NCBI GenBank assembly: GCA_951406725.2
Contig: OX597830.1
Coordinates: 22,754,001-22,818,000, forward strand
Source: Octopus vulgaris
Taxonomy: Eukaryota
Direction of reading: 5' to 3'
Length of the DNA stretch: 64,000 nucleotides
This document shows positions 25,465 through 38,514 of the stretch, piece after piece (position 1 is the stretch's first letter; every line of letters begins with the position of its first letter). The notes under the pieces are model-generated. The model was not told the DNA's origin, searched no databases, and worked only from the letters and a program-made list of their open reading frames with translations. The translations under genes and the position numbers were made by a program.

Positions 25465-25729
25465 ATGCAATTAAAAGTGGTGTGTAAGGCAATGGTTGTG
25501 GCGTGAGTTGATAAAAATTATATAACAAATTTTGTGAGTTTGTATTGGAAGAAGAATCTGACGTCATGGAACTGTTTCTCGGCCTGGGAGAAAAAGAGAG
25601 AGTGAAGAAAAAAATCATAAACTAATGATAATTACGGTAAAGAAAAAGAAAGAGAATTGGAATTTATTTTCATTCTAACTCTCATTTCAAATTAAGGAAG
25701 ATTCACTCTTTAATTTCAGTTTATTTCAG

Positions 25730-25940
25730 TGTGTTTGTCCCATACCACCGCTTGACAACTCGTGTAGGTGTGCTTACGTCCTCGTAATTTAGAGGTTCGG
25801 TAAACGGTGCCGCGATAGAATAAGTACCTGGCTTAAAAATAGTTACTGAAGTCGGTTTAGTCGACTCAAGTATTTAAGACGGTGCCCCAGCATGGCCGCA
25901 GTGCAATGACTGAAAATAGTAAAAGATAAACGATAAAAGA
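25730..25940 (+). mobile_element. SINE family A right half (diverged)
   Basis: gtgtttgtccc...cgcttgacaac...gatagaataagtacc...ccagcatggccgcagtgcaatgactgaaa. Confidence 0.7.
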
Positions 25941-26344
25941 TGAAGACAAATAAAATTCGAAGCGACCGGTGTCAAGCTGTATCGGCTTTTACATTGGACA
26001 AACAAACGTGGCATGGAAAGGAGGTATTTACCTTGCTCAGGCTTGCGCGTACATGTGTAGATACATGATCAGCTTTGAGCGCCGAAGGCAGTGGCTTCAA
26101 ATATTCTGTGCTTGTATCACTATGCCCTGACTCACCAGATGAGTTGAGCCGGATTCAAGAAGTACGCACACCGCTGTCGACTCAGTGGTGAAATTTCATT
26201 GGAATTATGCCTCTCACAGGTAAGTCTCCAGCATCATGAAATTTCAATAGATGTTGAAGAGTATTTAGCCAATGTATGGTGACTTTATAAACGTTAAAAC
26301 AAAGATAAACCCTTAACTCCCCACCACACACCTCTCTCTTTAAG

Positions 26345-26780
26345 TCAGCAAGCTGACAGAATCGTTAGCATTCTGCCAGCTCAAGGCGGCGAGCTGGCAG
26401 AATCGTTAGCACGCCGGGCGAAATGCTTTGTGGTATTACGTCTGCCGTTGCGTTCTGAGTTCAAATTCCGCCGAGGTCGACTTTGCCTTTCATCCTTTCG
26501 GGGTCGCGACTTAATCCGTTTGTCTGTCCTTGTTTGTCCCCTCTATGTTTAGCCCCTTGTGGACAATAAAGAAATAAGAATCGTTAGCATATAGGTCAAA
26601 AGGCTTAGCAGTATTTGTTCCGGATCTTTACGTTTTGGGTTCAAATGCTGCCGAGGTTTACTTTGCCTTTCCTCCTTTCGGGGGGTTCATAAAAATGTGT
26701 AGCCGTTGAGCACTGAAGTCGATGCAATCGGCTTCCTGTTCCCATCAAATTACTGGTACTTCTTGCCAAAATTAGAAAGA
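26345..26780 (+). mobile_element. Young SINE B (26384-26576, tail type 2) nested in an older SINE B
   Basis: 14-nt duplication agaatcgttagcat at 26358-71 and 26577-90 flanks the inner copy; the old copy resumes after it. Confidence 0.75.
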
Positions 26781-27871
26781 ATTTGTCTTTACTCTTTTTA
26801 TATCCTAATCAGCGTTGACGGATTAACGCTCGTGAACATTTTCAGAAACTCCTTGACTGTAGGTGGAGGTCGTTCTCAAAGCTGAGAACTAGTTCAAATG
26901 TTTGTATCTGAGAGGAATTTTTCCAAAAGCACTCAAGTGTTAGTTGGTGATGTTAAATATCGGATGAATGTTTATAAACATAAGGGATCTCCGGTTTCCG
27001 AGACCTCCAAACCTCCGACCAGCAAGGGGAATGGCATGAAGAGGCAGTCTGCCCTAGGGAATGCTTTTACGAAGGTGGCACCTTTGGGTCTGCTGAATAA
27101 GTCTGTATAGGATTAGGGCCTTGAGAAGGACGACAGACCCAAGGGCTGATCCAAGCAGCACACACTGTAGCCACACCATTGTCTCCGACGCTCAAAGGTG
27201 ATCATACATCAACACATGTATGCGCAGGGTTGAGCAAGGCAAGTGTCTTTTCTACGCCATTGATGCTTATCTAATGTAAGGGCAGTTTAGGCCAATGCAG
27301 CTTGGCACCAGTGTCATCATAGCAGACAATACTCTCAGAACCCAAACGATCAGAAGAGATATCTACAAGAAACTAACCTGGCTTCTCTAACAGTTATGTG
27401 GAGTGCTCAACCACTTGCACTTTAATTTCACGAGCAGGCTGTTCCGTTGATCAGATCAACTGGTGTCCTGGTCATCGTAACTACCAGTGTATCAGTTAGT
27501 AATGGATGAACAAAATTGAAAAATACATTACAAAATCAGAAGAATACCATATTTGATGGAATATACGACACATTTTTTCCTCCCCTCTCGCCGCCAAACT
27601 GTCTCAAAACCATTATCTCCATTCTTTTATGCGAATCCAAACTGCCGGAAAAGCGACCACAATGCATCTCGTTCAACCCACTAAGAGTTTCATGAATCGA
27701 CCTTCCTGGATTTGTATGTCTTTTTTCGTTCCAGGAAGAATGAAATGATAAAAGTTGACGTCTATGGAGTTTGGAGTTAGAGCGAAAGGAGACGGAACAA
27801 ACACTGCAAGACGTTCTTCTCATATCTCTAACGACTCTGCCAGTTCGTCGCTTTGATGAAAGAAACTGCAG

Positions 27872-28234
27872 AAGTGAGAGAGAAAGAGAGAGAGAGAAAG
27901 AGAGAGGGGGAGAATAAGAGAGAGAAAGACAGAGGGAGAGAATGAGAGAGGGAGAGGAGAGAAGGAGAGAGAGAAAGAGGGAAAGGGAGAGAATGAGAGA
28001 GGGAGAGAGGAGAGAAGGAGAGAAAGAAAGAGAGAGAGGGAGAGAATGAGAGAGAGAGAGAGAGAAGGAGAGAATGAGAGAGAGAAAAAGAGAGAGGGAG
28101 AGAATGAGAGAGAGAGAAGGAGAGAATGAGAGAGAGAGAGAAAGAGAGAGAGGGAGAGAATGTGGGAGAGAGAAGAGTGAGAGAGAGAAAGAGAGAGAGG
28201 GAGAGAATGAGAGAGAGAGAGAAGGAGAGAATGA

Positions 28235-28265
<31 letters not shown>

Positions 28266-28320
28266 GGAGTGAATGAGAGAGAGAGAAGGAGAGAATGAGA
28301 GAGAGAAGGAGAGAGAGAGA
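27872..28320. repeat. GA-rich purine tract with recurring gagagaatgagaga units
   Basis: Directly visible. Confidence 0.9.
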
Positions 28321-28623
28321 AAACAACAACGCCCAAAGATATTTTAATGAGAAAATATGAGGCAAGATCTTTCACTCTAGGTGATTGTGTGTATACATTG
28401 TAATAAACACATACACACACACACACAAACACATATATACATACATACGTACATACATACATGCATAAATACATACATACATAGATACATATATATATAT
28501 ATGTGTGCGTGTGTGTATGTATATGTATGAACATATATATGTAGAAACGAATGTATGTATGTATATATATTGTAAATATATACATATATGTTTATATATA
28601 TATCCATATGAATGAATACATAC

Positions 28624-28673
<50 letters not shown>

Positions 28674-28718
28674 GTATGTATATATATATATATGTGTATA
28701 TATATATATGTGTATATA

Positions 28719-28760
<42 letters not shown>

Positions 28761-28888
28761 GATATGCATGTATAAGCAAATAAACTCCTGTTATGTTTGC
28801 TAAATATTAGCACAAATATACATATACTCATATTTTGGGTTCTATTTTTCCTGTTTGCATTAACATACAAATATGTGTGTGTGTGTGT

Positions 28889-28965
<77 letters not shown>

Positions 28966-29100
28966 GACAGAGAAAGAAATCCATATATGCAAGCACATAC
29001 ACATTCATATCTCTATGTGCACAGAGAATAAAAGGGGGGGAAACAAAGACTGGTTCCTAGTTCCATATAGAAACAGAACGACACACATAAAATTCTATAG

Positions 29101-29142
<42 letters not shown>

Positions 29143-29286
29143 GATGTCTGCGTCTGTGTGTGTGTGTTTTAACATATATCATTCGAAGATTAAATTGAGA
29201 TAAGCTCCGACCAGAATCGAAACCAGACATCTCCTGCTGAAGCATGTCAGTCAATATTAATCTGAAGTATCAGCAATTTACATAAA

Positions 29287-29352
<66 letters not shown>

Positions 29353-29521
29353 TGTGTGTGTATGTGTGTGTGTGTATATACGTATGTACATACGCTTATA
29401 TATATGTATATGTATACGTGTGTGTGTGTGTATATATATATATACATACATATATGTGAGTTTATGTGCATACGTATGTACATACGCTTATAAATATATA
29501 TATGTATACGTGTACGTATAC

Positions 29522-29556
<35 letters not shown>

Positions 29557-29570
29557 CATATATATATACA

Positions 29571-29628
<58 letters not shown>

Positions 29629-29654
29629 TATATACATACATACATACATACATA

Positions 29655-29693
<39 letters not shown>

Positions 29694-29760
29694 TATACAT
29701 ACACACTCACACACATATATAATGTTACACTCAGAGGCTTCCATGCACATATACATACAT

Positions 29761-29798
<38 letters not shown>

Positions 29799-30209
29799 TT
29801 ATAGATTGATAGATATGCGTGCATGAAATGTATATGTAGGTACGTATATAAGCGTCTACGTGATGTTTGTGAGAAAAAGAAAAAAAACCCCGAGATCTTT
29901 ACCAGAAGTCTATTTGAAAGAGACATGACGAAAAGACATATTCCAGAAGACACTGATGCAAAAAAAAATATGTAGACTGTTCTATCCATCCCGTTCTGGG
30001 ACATTAATTAATATCTAGTCATCTTAGTTGCTACTAATCAACAGGAAGTCTGAGACAGAATCTTGGCGATAGTGTTATACGTTTACAATACGCCGGCCTA
30101 TCGTGGCTCGATATGAAGCAAACGCGACGAGTAACGGGGCATGTATGAAGGCCTTGTGTTTATCCGAAAATTCTGTGTACAGAGGCAGTAAATATTTTTT
30201 TATCTTCTT

Positions 30210-30553
30210 CTTGTTTTATTCGTTGGATTGCGGCCATGCTGGGGTACCACTATGAAGAAATTTAGTTGAACAGATTAACCGCTGTACATTTTAAAAACCT
30301 GGTAGTTGTTCTATCTGTTTCTTTTGCCGAAAGAACGCACTAACACTGGTTGTCAAGTGGTGGTAAGACACACACACACACACACACACGACAGGCTTCT
30401 TTCAGTTTCCGTCTACCAGATCCACTCACAAGCCTTTGGTCAGCTCGAGACTATAGTAGAAGGCATTTGCCCAAGGTGCCACGCAGTGGGATTGAACTTG
30501 GAATTTATGTGTTTGGGAAGGAAATTTCTTACCACAAATCTACGCCTGCGCCT
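30210..30553 (-). mobile_element. SINE family A (diverged)
   Basis: ttgcggccatgctgg...ggcttctttcagtttccgtctacc...gcccaaggtgccacgcagtggg. Confidence 0.75.
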
Positions 30554-30637
30554 GTCTTCTAGAATGGCTGATGGATGTGAGATGATTTATAATTTAGATG
30601 TTTATAGCTGAATATAGGAGATATATATACAATAGTC

Positions 30638-30959
30638 TGTAGGCGAAATGGCCCAGTGGTTAGGGCAGCGGACTTGCGGTCGGAGGATCGCGGTTTCGAT
30701 TCTCAGACCGGACGTTGTGTGTGTTTTTTGAGCGAAAACACCTAAAGGCTCCACGAGGCTCCGGCAGGAGGTGGTGGCGACCCCTGTAGTACTCCTTCGC
30801 CCCAACTTTCTCTCACTCTTTCTTCCTGTTTTTTGAGTAACGCTGTGATGGACTGGCGTCCCGTCCAGCTGGGGGGAACACATACGCCACAGAAACCGGG
30901 AAACCGGGCCCATGAGCCTGGCTAGGCTTGAAAAGGGCGCATAAATAAATAAATAAAAA
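30638..30959 (+). mobile_element. SINE family C with target-site duplication
   Basis: 13-nt TSD atatacaatagtc at 30625-37 and 30960-72; (TAAA)n tail. Confidence 0.9.
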
Positions 30960-31049
30960 ATATACAATAGTCAGCGTACAGATACATACTCACGTATCTA
31001 TGTATGTATGTTCGTAATGCATGTACGCGTGTGTAATTGTGAATGGTTA

Positions 31050-31390
31050 TTGCAGGATTCCTCCATATAGTGTGACCATACTTTTGAAGCAAGGAAATCA
31101 GAGATGATCGTAGCGAACAGAAAAAAGAGAAGCACTATAAGATTATTGATTTTGTAGTTCCATATGATAGTCGTATAGCAGGACATAACCAACGAAACGG
31201 ACGAAGTTATGGAACACAAAGGTGGAGATTGTTCCTGTGGAGCACTGAGTACAACATCCAAATTGTTACCTGAGAGGTTGAATGGATGCTGATTGTAGAA
31301 AAGTGCCAGTTTGTATTCTGCAAGAATCTTAAGAACGATTCTTGAGATTCTTGAAATTTGTAGTGACTTGTTGTCTCCAAACTTCAGGTT
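31050..31390 (+). pseudogene. Decayed RLE-endonuclease fragment of an R4/Dong-type non-LTR element
   Basis: Frameshifted peptides CDHTFEARKSEMIV, KIIDFVVPYDSRI, LWNTKVEIVPV and YSARILRTILEI resemble the PD..D / VPV / ARILR motifs of R4/Dong C-termini. Confidence 0.55.
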
Positions 31391-31569
31391 AATATCCTAG
31401 TTAATTAAGTTAAGCTTGTATTATCTTTCAAACGACAACAACAACGACGACAATAATATTTTAATTCTTCTTCTTCTTCTTCTTCTTCTTCTTCTTCTTC
31501 TTCTTCTTCTTCTTCTTCTTCTTCTTCTTCTTCTTCTTCTTCTTCTTCTTCTTCTTCTTCTTCTTCTAG

Positions 31570-31677
31570 GGGCAAAATGCTTAGCGGCATTTCGTCTGTC
31601 CTCGCGTTCTGAGTTCAAATTCCGCCGAGGTCGTCTATGCCTTTCATCCTTTCGGGGCCGATGAATTAAGTACCAGT

Positions 31678-31736
<59 letters not shown>

Positions 31737-31749
31737 GTTGTTGTTGTTG

Positions 31750-31816
<67 letters not shown>

Positions 31817-32079
31817 CATTATTATTACTAATAATAATGGTGGCAAGGTGGCATAATCGTTAGCACGTCAGGAAATATGCTTGGCGGCATTTCGTCCTTC
31901 TTTACGACTTCGCATTCCCTCCTATCTGGGTCGATAAATTAAGTACCAGTTGAACACTAGGGTCGATGTAATCGACTTATCCATTCCCCGCCAAATTTCA
32001 GGCCTTCTGCCTATAGTAGAGAGGATTATTATTATTGTTATTATTATTATTGTTGCTGTTGTTGTTGTTGTTGTTGTTG

Positions 32080-32137
<58 letters not shown>

Positions 32138-32275
32138 GTTTTAAGTTCAAATGCCGGAGAGGTCGACTTTGCCATTCATCCTTTTGGGATCGATAAAGCA
32201 AGTATCATTTAAGTACTGGGGTCGATGCAGCCTCCCTACCATCTATTTCAAGCCTTGTGCCTACACTAGAAAAAA
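31570..32275 (+). mobile_element. Three SINE B fragments separated by (ATT)/(GTT)n arrays
   Basis: Core segments at ~31570-31680, 31840-32030 and 32140-32275. Confidence 0.7.
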
Positions 32276-32914
32276 TAATTATTAATACAAGTAAGAGAGG
32301 AGAACACATTCACACATTTATTGGTAAAAATATCACGCGTTCTACACTTGCCGATTAAATAGATGAATGTATGGAACAATTTCTTATGTGTTTTTCGGCG
32401 ACCAATCAAATCTCGATGCTCTGTAGACTAATCATAATTTGATACCACAATCAATACTCTTCTTTATATATTGTTGTCGTGCTTCCATAACTGCTTCCAT
32501 CTTTTGAATAATTGGTAACGTGAAACTCCAAATTATGATTAAAGAAACCTTCAGCTTCTAATAAAATATATACGATTTTTTTCTATTTACCTATGTATTG
32601 TCGCGTTTGTTAACGGTAATATTTAGTAATTCGTACATACATGCATGCATGCATACGTACATACATAACTACGTACGTACATACATACATACATATGTAC
32701 ATATATACATACATATACATGTATATATACGCTGTATATGCATGTATATATATCGTTTGAAAATATATCCATCTCTCGTCCCCTCTTTTTATATACGTAC
32801 GACTATATGTCTGTCTGATGCCTGTCTGTTTGTCTGAATGTATGTATGTATGTATGTATGTATGTATGTATGTATGTATGAACGTACGTACTTCCCTTCG
32901 TCCCTCACTTTGAA

Positions 32915-32969
<55 letters not shown>

Positions 32970-33081
32970 TATAATGTACACATTCATACATATGCAGAAG
33001 GATTCCCAGCTAGTGCACACTTCTTATGCTTGACGTCAATTTCACAACTGGTAGTAGTACACATTTGGGTATTTATGTGTG

Positions 33082-33120
<39 letters not shown>

Positions 33121-33142
33121 ATGTTGTGTGTGTGTGTGTGTG

Positions 33143-33250
<108 letters not shown>

Positions 33251-33281
33251 GTGTGTGTGTATATATATATGAGTGTGTGTG

Positions 33282-33354
<73 letters not shown>

Positions 33355-34271
33355 GTGGATGTGTAGAAACACGTTGATACACACATCTCAGAATTCACTG
33401 AACAGTTTTTTTAGAGTCTATGAGCGAAGAGTGTGAGAAGAATGGCACTTCTGTGGCGACCCCTTACGAACGGAAATTCAGCTTGGTGACCGGAACCTAG
33501 AAATCGGAAGTGGCTTCTTCTGCTTGATTGACCCACGTAATGAACTTAAACAATATACTGCAGCCGAGGAAGCCATGGATTTCCTCATGCTGCCGCCGCC
33601 ATTGCTGCTACATATACCGCTTCTTTAGTCGCCGCTGCTGTTACTGCTGCTGGGAGCAAAAAGACCAATGGGCAACGAGAGAAGGATACCATGGTGACGG
33701 TTTCACAGAAGCACCTCGAGTATGTCATTAAGTGTTTCTAATTGTGTGCAGCTGCTGTGTTTGACCGGATATCCGGTCACTGTTCAGTCTCTAATGGCCG
33801 TAGTCGACGTTGTTGTTGTTGTTTTTGTAATTACTGCTTGCAACGATAGTTATAGTTGTTGACGATGCTGTATTTTTAGTTCCTCTCCCCACCTAGTTGG
33901 CTCTGATTGTGCAGGCGTACGATCAAAGACATTCCAGCTGTGACCAACACGTTTGTTTCGAAGTATAAAGAACTACATTCTTTCTTGCTGATTGTAGTTT
34001 TTCTCTGTGTAGAAACTCAAGGTATGATTTGAAGCAATTCGGCTACATTTTCTAATAGGACTGGCGCCTGAGCACAAGTACATTTCTTCGTTGCATATTT
34101 TGCTTCTTGTTACTGTTCATATGCGCATGTGCAACATGTATGTATGTAAGTGTGCCTCTTTGTATGTTTATCTCTGTATGCGTTCATGATTTTCCATGTA
34201 TGTATGTATGTATGTATGTATGTATGTATGTATGTATGTATGTATGTATGTATGTATTTATCTATCTATCT

Positions 34272-34500
34272 TATTTCTTTTACTGCCCATAAGGGGTTAC
34301 ACACAGAGGGGATAAACAAGGACAGAGAAACGGATTAAGTCAATTATATCGACCCCAGTGCGTAACTGGTACTTATTTAATCGACCCGAAAGGATGAAAG
34401 GCAAAATCGACCTCGGCGGAATTTGAACTCTGAACGTAGCGGCAGACGAAATACCGCTCAGCATTTCGCCTGGCGTGCTAACGATTCTGCCAGCCTGCCG
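34272..34500 (-). mobile_element. SINE family B (tail type 2)
   Basis: Reverse complement of the family B head/core plus tatttcttttactgcccataagggg tail. Confidence 0.85.
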
Positions 34501-34501
34501 A

Positions 34502-34600
<99 letters not shown>

Positions 34601-34920
34601 CACGTGCATGCGCACCGCCACACACACGCGTATACCTCCTGTTAATGACTGTCCCCTTTCATAAGCACTTCACGTAACTTAGAGGACGCATATGCTTGTG
34701 GGATGTAGGATACACCTTTAGTTCATACACAGGTAAGCACACAAACACACACACACATACACACACATACATACATACATACATACATACATACATACAT
34801 ACATGCATGCATGCATACATGCATAATTCATACATACGTACATACATACACACACATATACACACACATACATAGATAGATGGATAGATAGATAGATAGA
34901 TAGATACATACATACATACA

Positions 34921-34955
<35 letters not shown>

Positions 34956-35021
34956 TTCATATGAAATATCGTACTTGAAAGGTAACAATAGAATGTTTCA
35001 GAAGTGTTACAGAACTGATTT

Positions 35022-36010
35022 ATTTAATTAAAGTATGATCCATGTTCAGTTATGACATTTACCCAACGTTTCTCTATGTCATATATTCCATCTTAAAAAA
35101 ATAAAAAAATCATCTTTTGCTGGGCTAAACTGTCTGAATGCTTCCATTGCCTCTTCTCTATTTAAGAATGTTTTATTGCTTATGAAAAGCTCAAAATGCT
35201 TAAACAATTGATAATCAGTAGGAGATATATCAGGGGAAGAGGTGGGATGTCGCATAATCTCATAATTCAGGCTTTGCAACTTTTGGACCGTAGTTTGAGT
35301 ATGAGGACGTGCAGTGTCGTGGAGCAAAATTGGACAATCTCTATTTACTAGTCTGGGTTGCTTCTTTTTCAAATTTTCATGCATACAATCAATATCCTGG
35401 CAATAGGATGTTGCTGTTACCGTTTTTCGTTGCTACAAAAATGAATAATGAATAACTCCCTTCGCAGACCACCATACAGTGACCACTAACTTTTTAGGGT
35501 GCAATGGTCGGTTTGGGTAGTGTTTAGGTGACTCTCCTGCATCTAATCACTGTCCTATTCTCCTACTGTTGTCAAAGAGTATCCATTTCTCATCGCAAGT
35601 AATGATTTGATGCAAAAATGGTCTTTTTCCAGTCGAGAAAGCAATAAAGAACACACTTCAAGGCGTTGTTTTTTTTTAAATCTCATTTTCTTGACTTTTC
35701 CATTTTTTTTTTTACAGGTGTTTAAAAACAGTTGTGCGAGATGTTTGGAGTTCTGATGAAAGTTTTCGAACCTCTGTTCTCGGATTTTGTTCAACCAAAG
35801 CATTTAATCCATCATGCCGAAAAACTGATATTGGCCTACCCTTTGGTTTATTCTCAAGGCTATCACCTCCTGAACGAGAGCTTTAGAACCATCTCTGAAC
35901 AGTTCTGATGTCAACAAAACCTTTGCCAAAGGCCCGCTTGATATTACGTTGAGCTTCTGCGGCAGAGTGACCCAGTTTGTACTCATATGGTCAACTTAAA
36001 TCTTTAACAT
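35022..36010 (-). pseudogene. Decayed mariner (DD34D-type) transposase
   Basis: Minus-strand peptides YEYKLGHSAAEAQRNIKRAFG (N-terminal HTH), WSAKGVIHY and PILLHDTARPH...HPTSSPDISPTDYQLFKH (YSPDL/third-D motif); multiple frameshifts and stops. Confidence 0.9.
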
Positions 36011-36295
36011 CGGGAGTGAAGTGCATTTGAAAAAAAATGAATGGTTAATTGAATGAAAAAAAAAAAAAATCAGCAGTAACAATATTATGATGGAAAGACT
36101 GAGAAAGCTTAAGAGTGGATAGTAGATAGAAAGAAAAAAATATTAGGTGAAGCGTAAAATCAAATCAAATGAAGCCTTTTTATTAAAAAAGAAAGAATAA
36201 AATCAAAAAGCCAAATATAATGATAAATTCAGTTAAAAAATACGAAATTGAATTATAAAAAAAATTTAAATTAAAATAAATTAAAGAATATGAAA

Positions 36296-36718
36296 TGCAG
36301 GAGTGGCTGTGTGGTAAGTAGCTTGCTAACCAACCACATGGTTCCGGGTTCAGTCCCACTGAGTGGCATCTTGGGCAAGTGTCTTCTGCTATAGCCCCGG
36401 GCCGACCAATGCCTTGTGAGTGGATTTGGTAGACGGAAACTGAAAGAAGCCTGTCGTATATATGTATATATATATATATATGTATGTATGTGTATGTGTT
36501 TGTGTGTCTGTGTTTGTCCCACTAGCATTGCTTGACAACCGATGCTGGTGTGTTTACGTCCCCGTAACTTAGCGGTTCGTCAAAAGAGACCGATAGAATA
36601 AGTACTGGGCTTACAAAGAATAAGTCCCGGGGTCGATTTGCTCGACTAAAGGCGGTGCTCCAGCATGGCCGCAGTCAAATGACTGAAACAAGTAAAAGAG
36701 TAAAAGAGTAAAAGAGTA
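36296..36718 (+). mobile_element. SINE family A, full length
   Basis: Close to 58355-58766; (gtaaaaga)3 tail. Confidence 0.9.
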
Positions 36719-37115
36719 ATATCAAATAGATAATTTGCATTTATCCTTTAGGTATCACACTCATCTTGACCATTGTTTCTCAGCATGGCATTTAAGTTTT
36801 CTAGGGAACCTGCTGAAGGTTTTATAATAGAAATGCTTACAGCATATCGCTAATTCCTGTCTACGTTTAATTAGATTATTCTCTGACGTAAGTACTTGGA
36901 GTGACTCCACGAGGCAACAACGTTCGCATTTCATTCGTCCTATTTAATATGGTTTTGTTCTACTTCGAATCGACCAACTTAACTCATTCATATAAAGTTT
37001 TGTTGCTAGTAAGTTGCCATATCAGCCTGCTAAGTGATGTCGAGTTTTCTCTATTTTCGTGTTTAAACACACACACACATACACACATTTATACATATAT
37101 ATGTATCTATTTGCA

Positions 37116-37155
<40 letters not shown>

Positions 37156-37161
<6 letters not shown>

Positions 37162-37513
37162 CAAAATAAGCAACAAGTATATCCAAGGTAGAGTAGTACA
37201 ATTCCAATCAAACGGACAATGCACATTCTTATCCCTATTTCATTTGCCAACATTATAAAGAGGGTAGATATGTAGACAGAGAGGTTGATTTCATTCTTAA
37301 GAACATGATAGTAGTATATTCACTCTCTGACTCTCAGTAATTTTAAAACTGATGTAATACTTACAGTGTTTAATAAAATGAAGTAGCATGAAACAATTGT
37401 ACTACTCTACCTTGGATATACTTGTTGCTTATTTTGATTATAATCATACCATTTGATTTATATGGATAATACCATACAAAATTCTTGTGCCTTTGACTTC
37501 TAAATTTTGATGA

Positions 37514-37517
<4 letters not shown>
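37156..37517. mobile_element. Element with a perfect 48-bp inverted repeat (MITE or inverted Penelope-like pLTR), between (TA)n arrays
   Basis: 37156-37203 is the exact reverse complement of 37395-37442. Confidence 0.7.
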
Positions 37518-37560
<43 letters not shown>

Positions 37561-37561
<1 letters not shown>

Positions 37562-37747
37562 TCTTTACTCTCTTTTACTCTTTTACTTGTTTCAGTTATT
37601 TGACTGTGGCCATGCTGAAGCACCGCCTGTAGTCGAGTAAATCGAGCCTAGTACTTATTCTATCGGTATCTTTTGCCGAACTGCTAACTTACGGGGTCGT
37701 AAACACACCAGCATCGGTTGTCAAGCGATGTTGGGGGAACAAACACA

Positions 37748-37812
<65 letters not shown>
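37561..37812 (-). mobile_element. SINE family A right half
   Basis: Tail through to the internal (CA)n; head absent. Confidence 0.85.
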
Positions 37813-37845
<33 letters not shown>

Positions 37846-38149
37846 TGTATAGGCGTTACCCACCATTCTCATGTTTGGCCGAAAGGCTATATTTATTCCG
37901 TCTTCGTCAATCGCTTCAAATTACATGTGTTTACTTTCGTACATCCACTCTGTATTGTTTCGTTTGCTCGAGCCCTAATTCTCCGCAAATTTTGCGGGTG
38001 CCGCCGTTATGCGAAGTTCTCAGTCTTATCGTTAAAGGCACGAAACTGAGTATTAGTATTTTGGTCGATAACTGAAGAAGAATTAGGGTCCTTCTGTGTC
38101 TGTCTTACGTATACGTTTTGTAGTATTTAATGCATTTTTCATTTATATA

Positions 38150-38262
38150 TGGTGCCAAAGGTCCCAACATCACCATCAAAATACAGGACCAGATACTGCA
38201 ACAGCTTCGGTTTTAGGGGACCACAGCTCTTCAATATCCTTCCTAAATGCATGAGAGACCTG
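38150..38262 (+). pseudogene. LINE (CR1/Jockey-group) ORF2 C-terminal fragment
   Basis: VPKVPTSPSKYRTRYCNSFGFRGPQLFNILPKCMRDL, homologous to 43284-43595(-). Confidence 0.6.
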
Positions 38263-38385
38263 AAGAGTTTCTACACCTGAAGAGTTTCGGTATTAGTTTG
38301 TAATTCGACAATGTTGATAGTTCGGAACTCGAATTGAGTGCTTTTCTAGAAATAACCTAGCTTTATACCCTACCAGGAGCTTAGC

Positions 38386-38421
<36 letters not shown>

Positions 38422-38422
38422 A

Positions 38423-38505
<83 letters not shown>

Positions 38506-38514
38506 CAAATAGAA

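Noticed and set aside
26139-26225. Candidate 81-nt exon ending in a perfect CAG|GTAAGT donor
   Set aside because: Stop codons in all three frames and a weak acceptor; cannot be supported as coding
27536-28585. 349-aa minus ORF with an apparent polypyrimidine tract, acceptor ctgcag and exon-like end (FFHQSDELAESLEI*)
   Set aside because: The upstream part is (CT)n low complexity, and the unique-looking part (27700-27855) is a decayed SINE B head (gcgacgaactggcagagtcgttag)
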